From: an uncultured Solirubrobacterales bacterium
GTDB lineage: Bacteria > Actinomycetota > Thermoleophilia > Solirubrobacterales > Solirubrobacteraceae
Direction: 5' to 3'
NCBI GenBank assembly: GCA_963844585.1
Contig: CAWJOV010000001.1
Location: 40,312 to 104,311 of the forward strand
DNA: 64,000 bases
In this document: in pieces, positions 51,758 to 58,827 of the stretch
How positions within the stretch are numbered: the first letter of the stretch is position 1
How the letters are laid out: every line of letters starts with the position of its first letter
The notes under the pieces: generated by a model
Seen by the model: only the letters and a program-made list of their open reading frames with translations
Told to the model about the DNA's origin: nothing
Databases searched by the model: none
Program-made: the position numbers and the translations under genes

Positions 51758-52294
51758 ATGCGACGGGTGGGGATAGACGGTAAGCAGGAGTCCCCCGCGA
51801 ACGGTGAGCGACAGGTCGCCATGAATCCGGTAGCGTGGGTCGTGCAAGGCGAGCTGGATCTGGCCGATTGGGTCGCATACGGGCGGCGGATTGGAGTTTC
51901 GGGGCGGAGCTCCGGATGGTGGATCGGCGATTGGCTGAGGTATGGGAATGCGCGGTTTGGCGAACGCTATTCGCGCGCGTCGAAAACCACTGGGTATGAC
52001 CCGCAGACGCTGATGAACATGGTGTATGTCGCGTCGCGCTACGGTGTGGAGCGGCGTAGGGAGCACTTGTCGTGGTCGCATCACGCCGAGCTGGCGGCGC
52101 TCGACCAGGAGGAGCAGGAGCGCTGGTTGACGGTGGCCGAACAGGAGCGGTGGTCGCTGGGCGACCTGCGCGTGGCGTGTCGCAATAGCCGCGGCAAACG
52201 GGGCGCCGAGAAAGTGGAGGACAAGCGGGGAGACAGCCACGGCACGGTCCCGAAGGGGTACGCCTGCCCGCGGTGCGGCTACGTCTCGACTTAA
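51758..52294 (+). CDS. LmbU-family transcriptional regulator (tentative)
   Basis: WWIGDWLRYG...YDPQTLMNMVYVASRY...RREHLSWSHHAELAAL..EEQERWL..AEQERWSLGDLR matches my recollection of the LmbU-family consensus. C-terminal CPRCGY half-ribbon. Confidence 0.55.
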   Translation: MRRVGIDGKQESPANGERQVAMNPVAWVVQGELDLADWVAYGRRIGVSGRSSGWWIGDWLRYGNARFGERYSRASKTTGYDPQTLMNMVYVASRYGVERRREHLSWSHHAELAALDQEEQERWLTVAEQERWSLGDLRVACRNSRGKRGAEKVEDKRGDSHGTVPKGYACPRCGYVST

Positions 52295-52300
52295 CTCTTA

Positions 52301-52414
52301 CGCACCCCCGCCGACTCGCACTTCCGCCGACTCGCACCCCCGCGGACTTGCACCTCCGCCGACTCGCACCCCCGCCGACTCGCACCCCCGCCGACTCGTA
52401 CCCCTGCGCGACTT
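52301..52414. repeat. 16-bp x7 tandem array (cgcacccccgccgact)
   Basis: Units at 52301, 52317, 52333, 52350, 52365, 52381 and 52397, the last degenerate. Starts 7 nt after the regulator stop and ends 53 nt before the ER operon ATG. Confidence 0.9.
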
Positions 52415-52428
52415 GGGCCAGGCGGGAC

Positions 52429-52457
52429 TTGAGCCAGGCGGGCGAGGCGAGTAGCTT
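52429..52457 (+). promoter_or_regulatory. candidate sigma70-type promoter giving a near-leaderless ER operon transcript
   Basis: TTGAGC, 17 nt, TAGCTT. The -10 element ends 9 nt before ATG 52467, and there is no SD sequence. Confidence 0.3.
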
Positions 52458-52466
52458 GCACACACG

Positions 52467-53267
52467 ATGCGTCAGTCGCAGCTGCTGGCAGGCAAGCGGA
52501 TTCTCATCACCGGGGTGTTGACCACGAAGGGGATCGGGTACGCGATTGCCCGCGAAGCCCAGGAGGCGGGAGCCGAGATCGTGCTGAGCAGCTTCGGCAG
52601 GATGCGCGCGATCACGGTGCGGGCGGCCCGCCAGTTGCCACGTCCCGCGGACGTGCTGGAGCTGGATGTCACGAGCGAGCAGGACCTGGCTCGGGTGGCG
52701 GAGGAGCTGCGGCAAGGGTGGGGGTCGCTGGATGGGGCAGTGCACGCGGTCGCGTATGCGCCCCCCGAGGCGATGCGGGGCGAGCTGCTCTCCACCCCGG
52801 GCGAGGCGGCGTGCCGCGCCTTCGGCACGAGCGTGGTGTCGCTGGCACGGTTGGCGGCGGCGCTGCGGGAGTTGATGTGCGGCGAGGAGGAGCAGAGGGC
52901 CAGTCTGGTGGGGCTGAGCTTCGAGTCCTCGACGGCGTGGCCGTCGTATGACTGGATGGGGGTGAGCAAGGCGGCGCTGGAGTCGGTGGCGCGCTATCTA
53001 GCACGGGATCTGGGAGGCGACGGGGTGAGGGTCAACACCGTGTCGGCGGGCCCGATCCTGACATTGGCGGCGAGCGAGATACCGGCGTTCGAGGAGATCG
53101 CCGACACCTATGCGGAACGTGCCCCGCTGGGCTGGGATCGCTTCGACGCGGGGCCGATCGCGGGGGCCGTGTGCTTTCTGCTCTCCGACTGGTCGCGGGG
53201 AATGACCGGTCAGACGCTGCACGTGGACGGCGGCTGTCGCGCGGTGGGGATGGCACCGGTGCGATGA
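52467..53267 (+). CDS. InhA-type NADH-dependent enoyl-ACP reductase, copy 1
   Basis: Colinear with M. tuberculosis InhA by eye: LLAGKRILITGV, LELDV, catalytic WPSYDWMGVSKAALESV (Tyr/Lys), LLSDW. Confidence 0.85.
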   Translation: MRQSQLLAGKRILITGVLTTKGIGYAIAREAQEAGAEIVLSSFGRMRAITVRAARQLPRPADVLELDVTSEQDLARVAEELRQGWGSLDGAVHAVAYAPPEAMRGELLSTPGEAACRAFGTSVVSLARLAAALRELMCGEEEQRASLVGLSFESSTAWPSYDWMGVSKAALESVARYLARDLGGDGVRVNTVSAGPILTLAASEIPAFEEIADTYAERAPLGWDRFDAGPIAGAVCFLLSDWSRGMTGQTLHVDGGCRAVGMAPVR

Positions 53268-54106
53268 GCCTGCTGGCGGGCAAGCGACTGCTGATCACCG
53301 GCGTGGCGACCAAGCACAGCATCGCCCACGCGATCGCCTGCGAGGCGCAGGCGGCCGGCGCGGAGGTGATCCTGACGAGCTTCGGGCGCGTACGCTCGAT
53401 GACCGAGCGCTCGGTAAGGACACTTCCTCGGCCGGCGCGTGTGCTGGAGCTTGACGTGGGCGTGCCGGAGCACTTCGACGCCCTGCGCGAACTGATCCTC
53501 GGCGACTACGGGGCGCTCGACGGGGCCGTCCACGCGATCGCGTGGGCCCCGGAAGAGGCGTTCGGCGGGCGCTTCCTGGAGGCCTCGCGCGAGAGCGCGA
53601 TGGAGGCACTCGGCACGAGCGCCTTCTCCTTCAAGGCGCTGGCCCAGGCGCTTGCCCCGGCCTTCGCCGCGAACGGTCGCGGCAGTCTGGTGGGGTTGGA
53701 CTTCGACGCCACGGTGGCGTGGCCGCTGTATGACTGGATGGGGGTGTGCAAGGCGGCGCTGGAGTCGATCTCGCGCTACCTCGCCCGCTATCTCGGCGAA
53801 CAGGCCACGCGTGTGAACCTGATCGCGGCGGGGCCGATCGTGACGCCGACGGCCAACGGGATTCCAGGTTTCTCTGAATTGATCGAGCTGTGGGGGTATC
53901 AGGCGCCGCTCGGGTGGAACAGCCGCGACCCGCGACCGATCGCGCGCGCCGCGTGCTTTCTGCTGAGCGACTGGGCGGAAGGGATCACCGGAGAGATCCT
54001 CCACGTCAACGGGGGCTTCCACGCGATGGCGGCACCATTTCCCGAGCGCATGAAGTGGGGATCCCAAGCCGAAGCACCAACTCCACCTGCCTACCTCGCA
54101 AAGTGA
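53264..54106 (+). CDS. InhA-type enoyl-ACP reductase, copy 2
   Basis: ATG overlaps the copy-1 stop (ATGA). LLAGKRLLITGV, WPLYDWMGVCKAALESI, LLSDW. About 20 extra C-terminal residues. Confidence 0.85.
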   Translation: MSLLAGKRLLITGVATKHSIAHAIACEAQAAGAEVILTSFGRVRSMTERSVRTLPRPARVLELDVGVPEHFDALRELILGDYGALDGAVHAIAWAPEEAFGGRFLEASRESAMEALGTSAFSFKALAQALAPAFAANGRGSLVGLDFDATVAWPLYDWMGVCKAALESISRYLARYLGEQATRVNLIAAGPIVTPTANGIPGFSELIELWGYQAPLGWNSRDPRPIARAACFLLSDWAEGITGEILHVNGGFHAMAAPFPERMKWGSQAEAPTPPAYLAK

Positions 54107-54344
54107 AGGTGGGCGTTCGCATCAAGCACATCAACGCCAAGCCATACCTGTCGCGCGGGTGGTGCGATGTCTCTCAAAACAGACCTAAACCCTTCACAAA
54201 ATGAAGTGGTAGGGCCAAAAAAGTAATACACAACAACCCCACCCCCACGCTCACTTCCATGGCCCGACGATCTCGTCCGCCCGTGACCGTTGCGGTGTGC
54301 GGTGCGAGCGTGAAAGCCAACCGAATCGCTGCTATGCGCCGCCG

Positions 54345-54524
54345 CCACGTAATGCGCTGCCACGTCACGCGCCCCCACGTAATGCGCCCCCACGTAATGC
54401 GCCGCCACGTAATGCGCTGCCACGTCACGCGCCCCCACGTAATGCGCTGCCACGTAATGCGCTGCCACGTAATGCGCCGCCACGTCACGCGCCCCCACGT
54501 CATGCGCCGCACCGTCGGGCGCCG
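54345..54524. repeat. 15-bp x12 tandem array (ccacgtaatgcgc-nn)
   Basis: Exact 15-bp phase from 54345. Variants are taatgcgctg, tcacgcgccc and taatgcgccg. Ends 5 nt before the acyltransferase stop codon, and there are no spacers. Confidence 0.95.
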
Positions 54525-54529
54525 GCGGG

Positions 54530-55513
54530 TCAGGCGCCAGCAAGCGTACGCTCGACGAGCTCTGTGAGGATGCCGTGAGTGCCCATCTCGCGGTAGGACT
54601 CCACCCCCGCCGCATGCAGCGCGATCACACTCTCGCGCCAGCGCACGCATGAGGTCAGGGCGAGCGCGAGCTCGGAGCTGAAATCGGTGAAAGGCGCGGC
54701 GGTGACATTGGCGATCACGGTCATCCGCGGCACCCTGAACCGCGCCATCTCGAGCGCGTGCCTGAAGGGCGCGACCGCGGCGGCCATCGCGCTGGAGTGA
54801 AGCGCGGCGGGCACGCGCAGAAGCACCGTCTTCAGCCGGCCCTCCGAGCGAGCCTGCGTGCGCGCGGCCCGCAGACGCTCGAGCGGGCCGGAGAGGACGA
54901 GCTGCGCGGGCTCGTTGTCGGCGGCGAGCGTCAGCCGATGGCACTCCCCGAGCTGCAGCGCGAGCGGGCGCGGTCCCATCACGGCGAGCAGCCCGCCGGG
55001 CGCGCCGGAGTCGGCGGCGCGCTGCATCGCCGCCCCTCGCGCGAGCACGATCCGCATGCCTTCGCGCGCGCTCAGGCAGCCGGCCGTCGTCAGGGCGGTG
55101 AGCTCGCCGAGCGAGTGGCCGACGGCGAAGTCCGCGAGCGGCTCTCCCGCCGCGCGCCAGTGCGCGAGCGTGCCGCAGAACACCGCCGGCTGCAGGTAGG
55201 CCGTCCCCTCCTCCGCCCGCTCGAACGGGTCTCCCCCGAGCTCATCGGCGGCCTGCTGCAGCAACTCCGGGCAGAGCTCGCGGGCGAGCTGGTGCATCGC
55301 GCGATCCTGGCTGCCCTGGCCGGGGAACAGAAGCGCGCTGCGGGAGCCAGGCCGATCGCTTGCGAGATTGGGGTGGGGAGGGGGGAGCGTCCGCGCGCGG
55401 GAGCGCATCGACCAGCCTGCTGGGCGCGGGGCCTCCTGCCCCGCGTCCACCCCGGTTGACAAATGGGCGTATGTGTTGGTGGTGCGATGGGCGTGGTCGG
55501 TGGTGCGCGACAT
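54530..55513 (-). CDS. stand-alone acyltransferase (FabD / trans-AT type)
   Basis: Start at the ATG 8 nt after AAGGAGG. FPGQGSQ, active-site GHSLGE, NEPAQLVLSG, and AALHS in place of the HAFH/YASH specificity motif. Confidence 0.8.
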   Translation of the reverse strand: MSRTTDHAHRTTNTYAHLSTGVDAGQEAPRPAGWSMRSRARTLPPPHPNLASDRPGSRSALLFPGQGSQDRAMHQLARELCPELLQQAADELGGDPFERAEEGTAYLQPAVFCGTLAHWRAAGEPLADFAVGHSLGELTALTTAGCLSAREGMRIVLARGAAMQRAADSGAPGGLLAVMGPRPLALQLGECHRLTLAADNEPAQLVLSGPLERLRAARTQARSEGRLKTVLLRVPAALHSSAMAAAVAPFRHALEMARFRVPRMTVIANVTAAPFTDFSSELALALTSCVRWRESVIALHAAGVESYREMGTHGILTELVERTLAGA

Positions 55514-55591
55514 AGTCGTTTCCTCCTTGCTGGCCATCGGGCGGCACACACGCTGGCAGCGACGCGAACTGCTGTCGAAGCACGGACGGGC

Positions 55592-55785
55592 GCGCGGACG
55601 ACGTGGTGATCGCCCGCATCGAAGCCAGGTGATGGTGCGCGGATGACGTGGTGATCGCCGGTATCGAAGCCAGGTGATGGGGTGCGGATGACGTGGTGAT
55701 CGTCCGTATCGAAGCCAGGGTGTTAGGGCGCGCGGATGGTGTGGCGATTGCCCGCATCGAAGCCAGGGGTGCTGGGGCGCGTGGA
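55592..55785. repeat. about 45-bp x4 tandem array in a divergent promoter region
   Basis: The anchor atcgaagccagg occurs at 55618, 55663, 55708 and 55756. The anchor acgtggtgat occurs at 55601, 55646 and 55691. Confidence 0.9.
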
Positions 55786-55833
55786 GTTTGGGTGTGCGCG
55801 GTCGCGCCGGGTACGCTCGGCGACCGATCGTGA

Positions 55834-57528
55834 ATGATCGTGCGATTCATGGATATGACACTCGAGCTTGCTCCCCCATCCCCCCTCCCACTCGCGGAGC
55901 CCGTCGCTTCGCCCTCGCTTTCTCCCCCGCGTGTGCGGATGGAATGCCTGCTGGACCCGGGCTCGCTGCAGCTGCTGAGGACGCGCGTGCGCTCGCAGCG
56001 GCTGGGCCTGGACGCGTACGACGGCGATGGCGTGCTCACGGGGATCGGCACGGTGGAGGGACGGCCGGTGGCCTGCTACGCGCAAGATGCCCGCGTGGCC
56101 GCCGGCTCGCTCGGCGTGAGCCAGGCCGACGCGATCGTGCGGCTGTTGGGGATGGCGCGCGAGGCGCGCATGCCGGTCGTCTCGTTCCTGGCATCGTCGG
56201 GTGCGCGGATCCAGGAGGCCGTGGCGGCGCTCGCCGGGTATGCCCGCGTGTTCAACGAGATCGTCGCGCTCTCGCGGGTGGTGCCGCAGATCTCGATCGT
56301 CACCGGGGTGTGCGCCGGCGGCGGCGCCTACGCGCCGGCGTTGACCGACTTCGTGATCATGACCCAGTCGGCCGCGATGTTCCTCACGGGTCCTCGCATA
56401 GTGCGCGACGCGTGCGGGGAGGACGTCACGGTGGCCGAGCTCGGCGGCGCGCGGGTGCACCGCGCCAACGGCGTCTGTCAGCTGGTGGCAGCCGACGACG
56501 ACGATGCCGCCGCGCAGGCACGGTGGCTGCTCTCCCACCTCACGCCAGGCCGCGTCGAGCGTGCCGCGCGTGCCGGGGGCTCCGCCGAGGATTTCGCGCG
56601 ACTTGCCGATGCGGCCGAGCGTCCAGCGCGCATCGATCCCGCGGGGCGTCCCACGCGTGTCGATCCTTCGGAGCATCCCACGTGCGTCGATCCTGCCGAG
56701 CGTCACGCACACAAAGCCCCGATCGCGGGTCGAGGAGTGGCACGCGACCCCGGCTCCGTACTGCCGTCGCGCCCGAGCGCGGTGTACGACGTGCGCGAGG
56801 TAATCCGCGCGCTGGCCGACCGCGAGGACTTCCTGGAGACCGACGCCAGCTGGGCGCGCAACATCGTGACCGGCTTCGCCCGCATCGGCGGCCACGCGAT
56901 CGCGGTGGTGGCCAACCAGCCGCGGTTCATGGGCGGAGTGATCGACACCCACGCCTCCGAGAAGGCGGCGCGCTTCGTGGATCTGTGCGCGGCTTTTGGG
57001 CTGCCGCTGGTGGTGTTGGTCAACACCCCGGGCTTCATGCCGGGCACGCGCCAGGAGGGGGAGGGGATCATCCGCCACGGCGCGGGCATCGTGAGGGCTT
57101 TCGCCGCCGCGCGCGTGCCCCGCTTCACCGTGATCCTGCGCAAGGCGTACGGCGGCGCGTACATCGCGATGAACTCGATTCACCTCGGCGCCTCGCTGGT
57201 GTATGCGTGGCCGGACGCGGAGATCGGCGTGATGGACGCCCGTAGTGCCGTCAGCTTGATCCACCGAGCGACGCTTGCGCAGGCGAGCGATCCCGAAGAG
57301 CTGTTGCGCACGCTCGCGAGCGACTACCGGCGCGAGCATTGCGCTGCACTGGTGGCGGCGCACGGCGGCTTCGTCGACGAGGTGATCGCGCCGGCTCAGA
57401 CGCGCGCCTGTTTGTGCTCGGCGCTGGCGACGTTTGGGTCTGGTGGGGGGCGCGCGCCGGTGCGGGCATGGGCTCCCCACCACTCGGTGGGGTTGGACGC
57501 CGAGCGGGACACGGCGGAGGTGTATTGA
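55834..57528 (+). CDS. acyl-CoA carboxylase carboxyltransferase (beta) subunit, PccB/AccD-like
   Basis: LLDPGS, GIGTVEGRPVACYAQD, SGARIQE, TGVCAGGGAY in the N-domain. C-domain ANQPRFMGGVID...RKAYGGAYIAM. A 27-bp x4 insert (56614-56721) lies in the interdomain linker. The start is uncertain (55834-55939). Confidence 0.8.
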   Translation: MIVRFMDMTLELAPPSPLPLAEPVASPSLSPPRVRMECLLDPGSLQLLRTRVRSQRLGLDAYDGDGVLTGIGTVEGRPVACYAQDARVAAGSLGVSQADAIVRLLGMAREARMPVVSFLASSGARIQEAVAALAGYARVFNEIVALSRVVPQISIVTGVCAGGGAYAPALTDFVIMTQSAAMFLTGPRIVRDACGEDVTVAELGGARVHRANGVCQLVAADDDDAAAQARWLLSHLTPGRVERAARAGGSAEDFARLADAAERPARIDPAGRPTRVDPSEHPTCVDPAERHAHKAPIAGRGVARDPGSVLPSRPSAVYDVREVIRALADREDFLETDASWARNIVTGFARIGGHAIAVVANQPRFMGGVIDTHASEKAARFVDLCAAFGLPLVVLVNTPGFMPGTRQEGEGIIRHGAGIVRAFAAARVPRFTVILRKAYGGAYIAMNSIHLGASLVYAWPDAEIGVMDARSAVSLIHRATLAQASDPEELLRTLASDYRREHCAALVAAHGGFVDEVIAPAQTRACLCSALATFGSGGGRAPVRAWAPHHSVGLDAERDTAEVY

Positions 57529-57595
57529 TGCGCGTTGCGCCCAACGATCTCTTGGCCGGGTCGGACGCCGTCGGCGACACGGTGGGGCGCTGCTG

Positions 57596-58738
57596 ATGGA
57601 CTTCGAGTGGACGCACGAGCAGCGCGAGCTGCACGCCGGCGCCGTGGAGGCGGGCGAGCGGATCGCCGCCGCCCAGGCGCGCGCGGATGGGCAAAACGCG
57701 TTCAGCGCACAGGCGTGGAGCGCCGCGAGCGCGTTCGGCCTGGCGGGGCTGGACGTGCCGCGCGAGTACGGCGGCCTCGGCCTGGACCGTCTGACGACCG
57801 CGCGCGTGCTGGAGGGCTTCGGCGAAGGCTGCCCGCAGCTCGGCCTGGTGTTCTCGGCCGCCGCCCACCTGTTTGCCTGCTGCGGGCCGATCGCCAGCGC
57901 GGGTAGCCGCGAGCTGCGCGAGTCGCTGCTGCCGCGCCTCGCCAGCGGGGCGCTGATCGGCGCCAACGCGATCACCGAGTCGGAGGCGGGGTCGGACATC
58001 CTCGCGTTGCGCACGCTGGCAACCCGCGACGGCGACGGGTATCGCATCACAGGCGAGAAGACGCTCGTCACCAATGGGCCGGTGGCCGACGTCACGATCG
58101 TCTACGCCCGTACGCAGCCCGAGGGCGGGTATCTCTCGCTGAGCGCGTTCGCGGTTGAGCGCGACACGCCCGGCTTCCTTGCGGGCGAGCCGTTCGCGAA
58201 GATCGGGCTGCAGGGCTCGCCGACTGGCAGCGTGTATCTGCAGGAGAGCCCGGTGCCGCGCGAGAACCTGATCGGGGCGGAGGGCCAGGGCGCGCTGATC
58301 TTCAAGGCGGCGATGCAGGCCGAGCGCGCCTGCCTGTTTGCCGCCTACATCGGCGCGATGGCGCGCCAGCTGCGGGAGGTGGTGAGCTTCGCCTCCGAGC
58401 GCCGTCAGTTCGGTCGGGCGATCGGCAAGAACCAGGCGATCTCGCACCGCATCGTGGACATGAAGCTGCGCTTGGAGGCGGCACGGCTGCTGGTGTACCG
58501 GGCGTGCTGGCTGCTCGACCGGGGGCGCGACGCGATGGTGGCGGTGTCGCTCGCCAAGATCGCCGCCAGCGAGGCGGCGGTGCAGTCGGGGCTGGACACG
58601 ATCCACATCCATGGCGGCCTCGGGGTGATTTCGGAGACGGGGGTCGCGGGGCTGCTGCGGGATGCCCTGCCCGCGACCCTCGTCTCGGGCACATCGGAGA
58701 TCCAGCGCGACATCGTCGCGGCGAGGCTGGGGCTGTGA
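57596..58738 (+). CDS. acyl-CoA/acyl-ACP dehydrogenase family flavoprotein
   Basis: Start at ATG 57596 (MDFEWTHEQ). GANAITESEAGSD, a C-terminal GGLG...SGTSEIQRDIVA. The usual YEG Glu is Ser here, and a Glu sits in MQAERA. Confidence 0.85.
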   Translation: MDFEWTHEQRELHAGAVEAGERIAAAQARADGQNAFSAQAWSAASAFGLAGLDVPREYGGLGLDRLTTARVLEGFGEGCPQLGLVFSAAAHLFACCGPIASAGSRELRESLLPRLASGALIGANAITESEAGSDILALRTLATRDGDGYRITGEKTLVTNGPVADVTIVYARTQPEGGYLSLSAFAVERDTPGFLAGEPFAKIGLQGSPTGSVYLQESPVPRENLIGAEGQGALIFKAAMQAERACLFAAYIGAMARQLREVVSFASERRQFGRAIGKNQAISHRIVDMKLRLEAARLLVYRACWLLDRGRDAMVAVSLAKIAASEAAVQSGLDTIHIHGGLGVISETGVAGLLRDALPATLVSGTSEIQRDIVAARLGL

Positions 58739-58827
58739 GCACGCTCGAACCAAGCACCACGTTCCTAGGCGCTTCGGAGATCCTGTACGACATCGTCGCG
58801 GCGAGGCTGGGGTTGTGAGCACGCTCG
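58694..58827 (+). repeat. 80-bp period gene-junction duplication with a 27-codon bridging ORF
   Basis: A 54-nt block, tcggagatcc..gacatcgtcgcggcgaggctgggg(c/t)tgtgagcacgctcg, occurs at 58694 and again at 58774. GTGA overlaps at 58735-58738 and 58815-58818. Confidence 0.9.

Noticed and set aside
54107-54344. An intrinsic terminator in the AT-rich spacer after the second ER gene (hairpin around 54190-54215).
   Set aside because: The stem is only about 5 bp with mismatches. On the plus strand it is followed by an A-run rather than a U-run. Too weak to call.
54345-54524. Possible CRISPR array (regularly spaced short repeats).
   Set aside because: The units are contiguous 15-mers with no spacers, far shorter than CRISPR repeats, and no cas genes are present. 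Treated as a microsatellite or iteron array.
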